Source: an uncultured Planctomycetaceae bacterium
GTDB lineage: Bacteria > Planctomycetota > Planctomycetia > Planctomycetales > Planctomycetaceae
Reading direction: 5' to 3'
NCBI GenBank assembly: GCA_963813715.1
Contig: CAWFAK010000008.1
Location: forward strand, 576,001-640,000
DNA: 64,000 nt
This document shows positions 29,768-40,487 of the stretch, piece after piece (position 1 is the first letter of the stretch; every line of letters starts with the position of its first letter). The translations under genes and the position numbers were made by a program. The notes beneath the pieces were generated by a model. The model made no database searches. It saw only the letters and a program-made list of their open reading frames with translations, and had not been told where the DNA came from.

Positions 29768-31745
29768 CGCGTGGTCCTTTCGTCGCTCTCGTGATAGCCG
29801 ACGGGCGTGACGAATTGTTTGGGGAATGGGCCGGGCTCGCCGAGGATGACGTCGTCCTCGTAGGGAACCAGCGGGCCCGGACGTCGGTGCATGGCCTGCA
29901 GCGGCGAGATGCGGAGGTAGTGGACGGCGACCCGTTTGACGTCCTTGCGGAACTTCAGGCGATAGAGCGTGAGCTGGCCGGCGTGGGGCACGCCCCGATC
30001 GATCGACGGGCTTTGGTCGAGCTTTTCGACCGTTCCCCAGTGCTTGAGGTGCTCCTGCTCGAACGACAGGCTGATCAACAGGATTTCGGAAGCGTGGATT
30101 TCGGCCGCGTCCAGAAATGACAGATCGTGGAGCAGAGTTGCCGAGTCACGCTGGTAGAAGAGTCCCAGCATGCCGTGAAACGGATGTGTTCCCATGTCGA
30201 CGAAGACGGGCAGCTGTTCGTGGTCCGCCCGCACGCGGACGGCCTTTAGGAATTTGACGTCGTCGCGATAGCGGTCGAGATATTCGGCGCTGTACAGGTG
30301 GCTGCCGCAGTAGGCGATCGCCAGTACGGTAAACACGGCCGCGCCGGCCCGACGCGGGTTCGGATTGAGCGCGCCCCACGTGATCAGATAGGCGGCCACT
30401 GGCGCCGCCACCATCAGGGCGTAAGGCAACCACACGGGGCCCGGAATCTGCTTGTGGAAGATGACCAGCGCGACGATCGCCGGCAGGGCGACCGTCACCA
30501 GGCTCAGGCTGGGGCTCCGCAACAGTCGCGGCCAGGTCGGGACGACCTCGCGTAGCTTTCGTGCTCCCAGAATGCCGAAGATGGCCCAGGGCGAAAGTGC
30601 GTGCAGCAGGTAATGATGGTGTTTGCCGCCGGGGATCGAAAAGACGATCGGCACGACGAAGGCCCAGCACCAGAGAAACCGCTCGGGCGACGTCGGCTCA
30701 TTCCAGCAGCGCTTCCAGGTGGCCCACAGACCGAAGGGGACGAGCACCGTCCACGGGGCACACATCCACAGCATGTTCACCGGGTAGTACCAGAGGGGAG
30801 CGTTGGTGACCGTGTAGTTCCCGCTTACCCGCCCGCCCAGGTCGAAGAACCAGAGGTCGGTCACGTCGGGATAGCGGGCGTAAATGGCCGCAGGCCAGGC
30901 GAACATCACGACGGTGTAGGCGAAGCGCCCCAAACCCAAACGTATTTGGCGATCCGGCGGAAGTCGCGCGTCCCCAGCAAAAAGACGGCGATCGGCGCAC
31001 CGGCCATCACGGCACCGAACAGAAGTCCCTTGACCAGATTCGTCACGCCCAGGACGACGAAGAATGCCAGCAACCACAGCGAGCGTTTGCCGAACAGTAC
31101 ACGGAAGAAGCCCAGGCGCGACAGGGGCGGCTCGGCCTTGCTGCTCCAGCCAATGTTCGGCAGACCGAACTCGTTCTTGACGAAGAGCGCCATCACCACG
31201 GCCATGATGCCGCAGAGGTGAATCTCGTCTTCGGAGCTCCAGGCGTAGCGGGTAAACTCGAGGGTGGTAGCCATTGCCAGTCCGGACAGCACGCCGATGC
31301 CTCGGCCAAACCACAGTGCGGCCACCCAGGCGACGCAGAGCACGGTGAGGATCGAATAGAGCGTCGGGCCGATTCGCACGATGGCTTCGGTGTCGCAGCG
31401 GCCGAAGAGCGAAGCGATCGCCACGGTCGACCATTGCGGCAGGGGCGGATTCTCCAGCCACGGGGCGGGCGGCATCGTCGCTTCGCCGGCGCTCGGACGC
31501 TTGGCGTCGATCTTGGGAACGACGAAATCGTGATCGGCGAACATCGACCGGGCCGTCTGCGGCAGCACCGCTTCGTGCAAAGAGAGCGGCCGGCCGCTGA
31601 CGATGGCGATGCCAAACACGATCGCCGAGTAGACGGTGAGCAGGCATAGGTCGCCGCGCGTCAGGCGTCCGCCGGCACACATCGCGGGTCGTGCGGAGGG
31701 CGTCTCCGCGGACAGAGCGCGAGCCTCGCTGTCTGGTGCTGCCAT
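29764..31745 (-). CDS. ArnT/GT39 (PMT)-like lipid-linked glycosyltransferase; frameshift near 30930
   Basis: HE....AR.M, WLENPPL..W, LVKG, P.WYY, K.HHYLL; many TM helices. Confidence 0.82.
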
Positions 31746-31933
31746 TTGATCGCTCCCCAGGGTTGCTCGATCAGGTCCGGCAACCGCATCACAAGCGCGT
31801 CGAGCAGGCGGAGCGAATTACGCCCCGCATGAAGTCCAACTGCCCGAAATCGAATCGCCCAAAATCGAATCGCGGAATCCAATCGCCCAGCCGGCGCTCC
31901 GCTCCAGGCATTCGCCGGCTCGTCGGGCCGCGA

Positions 31934-31962
31934 AAATTAGGCCGATTCGCCATTTCCGTCAA
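31934..31962 (-). promoter_or_regulatory. Putative sigma70-type promoter
   Basis: TTGACG-17 bp-TAATTT, about 190 bp upstream of the 31745 start. Confidence 0.45.
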
Positions 31963-31984
31963 CGGCAAGTCGGTTGATCTTTGT

Positions 31985-33761
31985 TTAGAAACGCATGCCC
32001 TCGGGCACGATGCCCCGCGCGGTCACCGTGTCATCGCGACGGCCGACGATCATGATTTCGGTCGGATCGGAACTGCGGTTGCGATCGCAGGAGATCGTCG
32101 CGACCAGCTTCCACGGAAAGCACAGGTGCACGATGTCGTTCCCTTTGACCCACATGCAGAAGTAGCCGTCGTTGCCCCACGTGTCCGGGTCCTGCGCGTC
32201 GAGCCGCAGCAGCCGCACGTTCTCGGCGTAGTGCAGCAGGAACAGGTGGTGGGCCGCTCCCAGGCTGACCAGCGATTCCCCCGGTGGCAGCTTCTGTTTG
32301 AGATCCAGGACGGCTTGCCGCGCGTCTTCGCTCGACTTCTGCCGGATGTTGACCACGACGGAGGCTTGGCTCAGCCCGAGAAAGCAGGCGACGAGGGAAA
32401 AGGTCACGGTGAGTGCGGGCGCCGTCATCCGTGCCGAAAATCGCCACACGACGGCCGCGGCCGCGACGCAGGCGACGAGATAAACGATGGCCAGGCTCGC
32501 CGGCTGCGCCAGAACCGAATCCGCCTTCCAGAAGGAGATGCCGACGAGGACTACGCCGGCCGCGACCATGACGACGGCCAACAGTCGCTGGTACCAGCAG
32601 ATGAACGCGCTCCAGCCACCGCGGTCCGATGTCCTGAGAAAGCCTTCCACGACGATTCCGACCAGGCAGGCGACGCAGGGAAACATGGGCATGTAGTAGC
32701 GCAAGCTGGCCTGCGGAGCCAGCCAGACCGACGGAAACGTGACGGCGAGGCAAATTGCCAGGTAGAGCGCGTCGTCTCGGAACGCCCGCAAGCGTTCCCG
32801 CACCCGCCGGCTCAGGAGCAGCACAAACCAGATCGACCAGGGGAGCAACGATCCGCCGAGCAACTCGGCCGGGTACGTCACCATGTGCACCAACATCGAC
32901 TTGAGCGACAGCTCGTAGAACCGCGGGCCGACGTCGTGAAAATAGAGCTTCACCGAATCGGCCAGCCCCATCCGCAGCGTGTAGGGGACCTGCCACACGC
33001 CGACGACGGCCAGTCCCGTGACGATGCCGGCCAGATGCGGGAGCGAAAACAGCTCGCGCCACCGCCGCGTCAGCAAGCAGTAGATGGTCACCGAGCCGAC
33101 GAAATAGAGGGGCGCCTGCGGTCCCTTGGTCAACGTCGCCAAGCCGCCCAGCGCGTAGCCCAGGCACCACTTGGTGTAGGGCGAAACGCCTTTGTTTTCG
33201 CACCATTTCCAGACGAAGAGCGAGCCCGACAGAAAGAGCATGAAGAGCGCATCGGTTTCGCCCAGCCGCCCCAGTTCCAGCACTTGTCCCAGGCTGGCGA
33301 GCGCCAGCGCCGCAGGTGAACGCGCCGAACCGCGAGAGAAAGCTCCGCGCGTATCCGTACGTGATGCTCACGATCAGCAGGATCGCGATGACGCTGGGGA
33401 TCCGCAGGGCGGCCGCGTCGACCGTGCCGTGGACCGCGCCGATCAGGGCGATCAGCCAGTTTTGCAGCGGCGGACGGAAAAAGACCGGCTCGCCTTGGAT
33501 GCGGGGGACGATCCAGTCGCCGTTCTGCCAGATTTCCCAGGCGATCCGTCCACGACGCGATTCTTCGCCGCGGACCGAAAGCGCGGTGACTCGGAGACCG
33601 AAGAACGAGGCCGTCAGCAGCAGGAGCAGGCCGAACTGCCACTCGAGCCACCAGGGACGCGAGCGGGCCTCCGTGCGACTGGCTTCAGTGCCGTCTGCCG
33701 CAGTCTCCGCTTCAGCCATTTGCCCCAAAGTGCCCGGAGCTTTTTCGCACGCCGACGCCAT
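31985..33761 (-). CDS. ArnT/GT39-like glycosyltransferase; frameshift near 33310
   Basis: EESRR..IAWE...GDWIVP...GEP.F.RPPL.NW, LRIPS, LTKGP, RYYMP.FP; GGGGAG RBS. Confidence 0.85.
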
Positions 33762-34052
33762 TGCTCCCCCGCTTCCTGCCGGTCGCGGTCCGTCACGAAG
33801 CCAACCCGTTCGCAAAAGCGGGGCAAATTAGTGCAATTCGACGAATGCGCGAAGGCGAGAAGACGAATTGACGGATCTGGGAAACAAAGCTAAAGAATGC
33901 CCGTTTTGAGCGGGCGGTTCTCACGCCCATCCGGAAGTCCGAGCGGAGGACTTCTCTCAGGGACTTGCCGATCGAGCGAATCCCCGGATTTGTCTCGAGC
34001 ACGTCGTTCGCGACTTCCTCCAATCCTCAGTTCAGCGGGTCGATCGCCACGC

Positions 34053-34871
34053 ATGCATCCATCTGCCGACATCATCAAGCTTCCCTCTCGCGGGCCCGAT
34101 CACGAACTGACGCTGATCATTCCCGGATATAACGAGGAGAAGCGGCTGCCGCGGACGCTCAGCCAGGTGCAGGACTATCTGGATCGCTGGGGCGTCGATT
34201 ACCGCGTGATCGTCGTCGACGACGGGAGCCGCGACGGCACGGCGGCTGCCGCCGAAGGATTTGGGCCGCACTTTCGCGTCATTTCGCTGCCGACCAATCG
34301 AGGCAAAGGGGCCGCCGTTCGCTCGGGAGTCTCGAGCGCAACGGGCCGCGTGATCGCCTTTACCGATGCCGATCTGCCCTATTCGCTGGACAGCTTGCGG
34401 GCCGGCTTCGACCTGATCCGCGCGGGTCAGTGCGAAGTGGCCTTTGGTGCCCGCGACTTCGAGGGATCGCGCCAGCTTGTGCGTCGCCGCACGTTGCGAC
34501 GGGCGGCCTCGGTCGTCTTCAGTCAGATCGTCCGCTTCCTGGTCTCCCGGGACGTCACCGATACGCAGGCGGGCCTCAAGCTGTTTAGCGCTCACGCCGG
34601 CCAGGCAATCTTTTCGCGGACCGTGATCGACGGCTTCGCGTTTGATGCCGAAGTCGTCTTCCTCACGCATCACCTGGGCCTGACGTATCGACGGATTCCG
34701 GTCGACCTGATCAACGAAGAGACCTCCAGCCTCTCGGTCTGGCGGCACACGCTGCCGATGTTGCGCGAAGTGTTTCAAATCCGGCTGCGGGCGCTCCGCG
34801 GAGCATACGAGGCCGCCGCGCCGGTGGCGGCTCGCGACTTCGACGACTCGCGCAAACGTCGGGCGGCATGA
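34053..34871 (+). CDS. GT2 polyprenol-phosphate glycosyltransferase (DPG/DPM synthase-like)
   Basis: IIPGYNEE.RL, VVDDGSRD, NRGKG.AVR.G, FTDAD, DTQAGLKLF, GFAFD.E. Confidence 0.92.
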   Translation: MHPSADIIKLPSRGPDHELTLIIPGYNEEKRLPRTLSQVQDYLDRWGVDYRVIVVDDGSRDGTAAAAEGFGPHFRVISLPTNRGKGAAVRSGVSSATGRVIAFTDADLPYSLDSLRAGFDLIRAGQCEVAFGARDFEGSRQLVRRRTLRRAASVVFSQIVRFLVSRDVTDTQAGLKLFSAHAGQAIFSRTVIDGFAFDAEVVFLTHHLGLTYRRIPVDLINEETSSLSVWRHTLPMLREVFQIRLRALRGAYEAAAPVAARDFDDSRKRRAA

Positions 34872-34913
34872 CGATCTCGCTCCCCACGGTGGGATCGACC
34901 TGAGGCACATCTT

Positions 34914-36212
34914 TTGGCTCGCGACCTGTCACTTTCCTCTCCCGGCTACCTCACGCGGACCGCTCCTTGGGCGGATCGCGCCGCTTGGACGGCCTGGGCG
35001 GCGCTGTTCGCGACGATCAGCATTCTGATTCTGGCGGGCAGCGATCACAGCGTCGTGTCCGCATACCGGGACGCGACCCGACAATGGTTCGCCGGCGGCG
35101 ACATCTACACCGACACGGGGCACGGCTTTCTCTATCTGCCGATTGCCGCCATCCTGTTCGCGCCGTTCGCCTGGCTGCCGACGGCCGCCTCGGAAATTGG
35201 CTGGCGGTTCGTCGCAATCGGCGGCTTCGCAGTCGGCATCTATCGACTGTGCCGGCTGGCTGAAGGGGGCCGCTCGGACACGAAGTTCGCCCTCTTGACG
35301 CTGGCTTCGTTGCCGCCGGCCTTAGCTTGTGCTCGCAACGGGCAATCGACCCTCGTCATGTCCGGCCTGATGATGCTGGCGTGCGTCGATCTGGCCGAAG
35401 AACGCCGTGGTTGGGCCGCCCTGTGGGCGACGCTGGCCGTCGCGCTCAAGCCGCTGGCGATCGTCCTGCTGCTGTTGGCACCGTTCCTGGATCGCCGTCT
35501 GGCGTGGCGGGTTGCCGTCGGACTGGCCGTCATTCTCTGCGTGCCGTTTCTGGCCGGTCGCCCCGCGTACGTGATGGATCAGTATTGGAAGTGCACACAA
35601 ATGTTCCGCGCATCGTCCTACTGCGGAATCATCGAGCTCTGGGCACAGCCGTTCTGCGTGCTGGGTCTGCTCGGAGTCAAATTGTCGGAATCGACGCAGA
35701 CGGTGATCCGCGTCGTCGCGGCCGGCGGTGCGATCGGACTGTGCCTCGTCGCCCGCTTCCGCTCGACTCCCGCGCGAGCCGCGGAATATCTGCTGGCGAT
35801 CTCCGCGCTTTACATTCTGCTGTTCAATCCGCGGACGGAAAACAATACGTATGCGATGCTGGGACCGGTGATCGGCCTGCCGTTGCTCGCGGCTCTTGCG
35901 GCAAACCGCCCGAGCCGCGCGGAGGTGACCTTTCTCTCGGTGCTCTTAGCAGGGATGGCGCTCGGGGACGCGCTGGTTCGCCCTCTCGCAGGCGACGGCG
36001 AGCACATTTGGTTGACCCCCTCGTTGGCCGTCGTCTTTTCGCTCTATCTGATGCATCGCCTGTTTTTCCGCGAGCCGGGCCGGGCCACGGCGCGGCGGGA
36101 AACCAACCAATCCGCGGCGGCACGACGTCTTGCGCGGTCCGCACGCGCCGATGATCGGGTCGACGTCAGGAGTTCGGTGACACTTTGGGTACGACGTTCG
36201 ACCGCTACCTGA
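34914..36212 (+). CDS. GT87/DUF2029-like polytopic glycosyltransferase
   Basis: FLYLP..A.LF.PF, NGQS, ALKP, FNPRTE.NTY; both ends uncertain. Confidence 0.82.
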   Translation: MARDLSLSSPGYLTRTAPWADRAAWTAWAALFATISILILAGSDHSVVSAYRDATRQWFAGGDIYTDTGHGFLYLPIAAILFAPFAWLPTAASEIGWRFVAIGGFAVGIYRLCRLAEGGRSDTKFALLTLASLPPALACARNGQSTLVMSGLMMLACVDLAEERRGWAALWATLAVALKPLAIVLLLLAPFLDRRLAWRVAVGLAVILCVPFLAGRPAYVMDQYWKCTQMFRASSYCGIIELWAQPFCVLGLLGVKLSESTQTVIRVVAAGGAIGLCLVARFRSTPARAAEYLLAISALYILLFNPRTENNTYAMLGPVIGLPLLAALAANRPSRAEVTFLSVLLAGMALGDALVRPLAGDGEHIWLTPSLAVVFSLYLMHRLFFREPGRATARRETNQSAAARRLARSARADDRVDVRSSVTLWVRRSTAT

Positions 36213-37304
36213 TCGCCCGCTATCTGCAGATCTTCGTGATCCTGTACCTGAGCGTGTTCGGCCTGTTCGTCGTCATCGACGGCTTCTCGAACCTCGACGA
36301 ATTTCAGGATCACGCCAAGAACGCGGTCGAGCTGTTGATGCTGATGGGGGGCTACTACGCGAACCAGTCGACCCTGTTCCTGGATATGTGCGGACCGACT
36401 CTCACCGTCGTCGACGCGATGGTGGTGTTCGCACTACTCATGCGCAACTCCGAGCTGCATCCGATCCTGGCGGCCGGCGTTCCCGCGTGGCGGCTGCTGG
36501 TGCCGATCACGCTCAGCACGGCCCTCGTCAACGGGTTCATGTGCGTTAATCAGGAGTTGATCATTCCGCGGTTGGCCGGCGTGCTGGCTCCCGGGCGCGA
36601 CTCGCTCTTCAAGGGGGCCATCGAAATCGAGCCGCTGACGGACCCGTCGAGCGGGGTCTACATCGACGGCCAGGAGCTGTCGCTCAATCCCCAGATGATC
36701 AAGAACGCGGAATTTGTGCTTCCGGCGCCCGAAATCGCCCAAGCGCCGACCAGTATCAAGGCGGGCGAAGCGGTTTACCTGGGCGCGACGGAAAGTCGGC
36801 CCGCGGGCTGGTTACTCCGCAATGTCGACAAGCCCTTCGCGAAGCTGGCCCTCACCACCGAGGGAGCGCAGAAAGTTCACGCGCTTGGAGGGGCACCCGA
36901 AGGAAATCTTCATCGTCAGCGATTTGCCGTTCGACCAGCTCTTCAATCGCCTGCAAAGCTCGAAGCTGCTGTCGACGTCGGAGTTAATTTATCGGCTCCG
37001 CAGCCCGGCGTTCGGGCAGGCGACCGCGCGATTGGCCCAGACGCTGCACGCCCGGCTGGTGCGGCCGCTCGCGAATTTGCTGGCGATGCTCGTTTCGATC
37101 CCACTGATTTTGCGGAAGGAGAGCCGCGGCTTGATCGCCAACATGGCGATCGCCTCGGGAGTGTTGGGCACGCTCTTTGGTCTGTCGGAGGCGTCGGCCT
37201 TCTGCGGACAATCGGGCATGATGTGGCCCGAACTGGCCGCCTGGGTCCCGGTGATCGTCACCGGAATGCTCTTCGCCTGGCTCACGCCTTACATGCAGAC
37301 GTAG
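36185..37304 (+). CDS. LptF/LptG-family LPS export permease; frameshift near 36890
   Basis: TFDRYL, N.EL..LAAGV..WRLL.P, H.RL..P, LAAWVP. Confidence 0.85.
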
Positions 37305-37311
37305 GCCGCGC

Positions 37312-38902
37312 TCAAGCCGCCTTGAGCGTGCGTGCGTGGCGAGCCGACTCGATCCACCCCGTGACCACGTCGAGGTCCGGCTGGTGTCCGCCGCCGCGGA
37401 TGGCCCGCTGCCCCTCGGAAGTGGAAATGAACAGGTCGACCCGATCAAGCAGCTCGAGCGCTTCGCACTTGGCCAGGTCTTCCGGCTCGCAGATGCCGCA
37501 AGCCACCAGGATCTTCACGTCGAGCACGCGCAGATTCGGCACGCGGCAGGCCAGCCGCGACTGAATCTGCCATTCGCGAACCGTGTCGGCCTTGATGTGC
37601 CCGAGCTTGAGCCGCAGGGCGACGTCTTCCGGGCTGCGGGCCAGGAGCTGCGCCACGGTGCGGACGCCGATCGCCTCGAGCTTTTGAGCCGTCCGATTGC
37701 CGACCGAAGGCGCGTCGGCCAGCGACGACGTCGGATCGAGATGGAACTTCGACAGCCGGGGGACGGGCTTCGATTGACGCGGCGCGGCTTCCGCCGTGGC
37801 GCCGCCCGCGGACTTCTTCGACGCGCCGACGGGCGTTCCCGCCTCGGTGCCATCGGCTTCGATCGCCTCTCGATTCATCTCGATCGAGACTACGGGGGCC
37901 GTAGCGGCGCTCATCGGTCGCAGGTAGGTTCCGGTGCCATGCTTGGTTCCCACCAGCCGGGGCTTGATCGCATCGAGTGTTTCCAACGTGGTGCCGAGCA
38001 CGTCTTCGGCGTGCAGCTTCCGCACGGTCTTTTCGTCTTCCGGCAGGGCCTTGGTGACTTTGCCCGACTTGCGGAATTCCTTGAAGGCCGCTTTGACGAT
38101 CCGCCGTTCGCGGGCGCCGGCCCGATTCCGCTGCCAGCGCAGCGCCGGGATACGGAACCAGGCTCGCATGCCGGCCATCGCGATGCCGCACTTGGGCGGC
38201 GTGACGCCCGAGGCGTCGATGGCCCGCTCGAGAATCCGCGCGATGCCGATTACCGCGTTGCCCAGGCATTCGGCCAAGCTCACCCGCAACTCATCGTCCA
38301 GTCCCGCGGGCGGATTCTTCCAGCCTTTTTGAATGTTGTAGTGATCGATGACGACGTCGTAGTGTTCGTGCGACAGCCGCGCGCCGTTTTTCACCAGTTC
38401 GGCCAACCAGCGGGGTCCGTTGGAGACTTTGATCTCGGGATAGCCGCCCAGGTCACGTTCGAGGATCGCGGTCAGCAGGTCGTACGAACGAAAGACGCTG
38501 CGATCACAGGCCCGGTGGACGATGCCCGCCTCTTCGGTCTGAGCCGTGTGCAGCGGCATCAGCGGATCGGCGTAATAGTGGCTGAGCACGCCGGCGGCAT
38601 ACGCGGCTTTGACCCATTGTTTGCCGTGCAGCGCGTCGACGGTGTGACGGTACCAGGTCTCCGCCGCCTCGACCGCCCCGCCCCAACACTTCTCACGCAC
38701 GTGGACGACGTGATTGCGAAAATCTTTGAATTTGTCGTCCGGGGCCGTGGCACCAGCGAGCAGCGATTCGCCGTGCTTGAGGAACATGCGGCGCCAGGCT
38801 TCCGCGTCATCGCGACGCAGGTGCCGCAGGGCGTCCAGAACCAGCTTGTGATGAGTGCTCGTGCAGCGATGCGAGAACAAGAACGTTCTGAAGCACTGAC
38901 AT
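37312..38902 (-). CDS. Zn-dependent phospholipase C/P1-nuclease-like domain + C-terminal DUF4332 (HhH) domain
   Basis: THHK, PDDKFKDF.NHV.H, LSHYYAD..MPLHT; C-terminal APSVG...A.KL..IG..TV..L, WQ.Q.RL; ATG 38902 with GGAGG RBS and an early indel. Confidence 0.75.
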
Positions 38903-39124
38903 CCGTGTCCTCCGGGGCGCAGAGTCGCCGGCGTCGCCAAACAGCATCCGTTCCGGGCGTCTCCTCAATTTTCGGCCAAAGCGACAGAGCGATCTGACTT
39001 TCGATGTCGACCGCGGCATAACCAGACCGTGTGTTTGAGTCTCTGCGACCGATAGTGGCCGCGGCCCGATCCGTCGGATAACTTAGAGAAACGCCTGGAA
39101 CCCTGCCGCCTTGCCCCCCGCCGT

Positions 39125-40464
39125 TTGTGGAGACCTTCCGTGCTCGCTGGAAATGGGCTCAAGTTCGCGCTCGTGCGGCGCAATGTTTCTTGCGTCGCTG
39201 GCGCCTCTTCCCGCCCGCGGCGACGCCGTCGATCGCCTCAAGCCCGACTACTTGAAGGCGCTGCACGCGGCGATCGAAGGCCTGAAGCAGGATCGCCAGG
39301 CCATCTCGCTGCCGAGCAAGTTCACCGACTATCGCGGGGCGATGCACGTGCACTCCGGTCTGTCGCACGACAGCCGCAGTCAGCTCTCCGAAGTGATCGC
39401 CGGGGCCAAGAAAGCCGGCATGCGCTTCCTGATGTTTACCGAGCATCCGGTGCCGCATCACGACTACTTCAAGGAGGGACATCACGGCCTGGTCGACGGC
39501 GTGCTCTTGATTCCCGGGGCCGAGTTGACCGGCTTGCTCGCCTTCCCGATGAGCAGCGTGCCCGAGGGATCGACCGATCCGCAGGCCGAGGTCGACGCCG
39601 TGCTGAAAACTCACGGCCAGATCTTTCTCTGCCACCTCGAAGAGCGGATGGACTGGGACTTGAAGCGGCTCACCGGCAGCGAGATCTACAACCTGCACGC
39701 CGACTTCAAAGACGAAACCCGCCTCATCAAGTCCATGCGGGGCCTGACCGGCCTCTTGAGCCTGTTGCCGGCGAGCCGCAAGTATCCGCAGGAGACGATG
39801 GCCAGCCTGATGGACTATCCGGCCGATTACTTGCGCCGCTACGACCAACTGTGTGAAAAGTCGCGACTGACCGGGATCGCCGCCAACGACGCGCATCACA
39901 ACAACTCGATCAAGGGCATCATGCTCGACGACGGGCGGCTGCAACTGGTCGACGCATTGGGGACCAAACTGGCCAAGATCGATTCCAAGGTCGTGGCGGC
40001 CCTCAAGCCCTACGTGCCGGACAACCTGCATCCGGGCGAGACAGCGGTGCTCCTCGACCTCGACCCGTACGAGCGGAGTTTCCACCACGTTTCCACGCAT
40101 CTGTTCCTGCCGGAACTCAGCGAGCGAGCCGTCCGCGACGCACTGACGGCGGGGCGGGCGTTCGTCTCGTTCGAGTGGATCGCCGACCCGACCGGTTTCA
40201 ACTTCCAGGCCGTGCGCGGCGCCGGACGTTTACGAGATGGGGAGCGAGGTGCCTTTCGCCAAGGGGCTGTCGGTCCGTTCGGTCTCGCCGCTGCCGGCCC
40301 GCTTTCGGCTGATTCGCAACGGCAAAGAGGTCCACAGCGCGCTCGGCCGTTCCTATTCGCATCCGCTCGAATCGCCCGGCAACTATCGCTTGGAAGTCTG
40401 GCTCAATTTGGGCGAAACGCCCGAGGTTTGGATCCTCTCCAACCCGATCTACGTCCGCGGCTGA
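39125..40464 (+). CDS. PHP-fold metallohydrolase (CehA/McbA-like), probably secreted; frameshift near 40228
   Basis: GAMHVHS..SHDS, FTEH, NDAHH, AL..GR.FV, WILSNPIY end; start approximate. Confidence 0.75.
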
Positions 40465-40487
40465 CGTCCGGCTCCCTTAAGGTGCGC

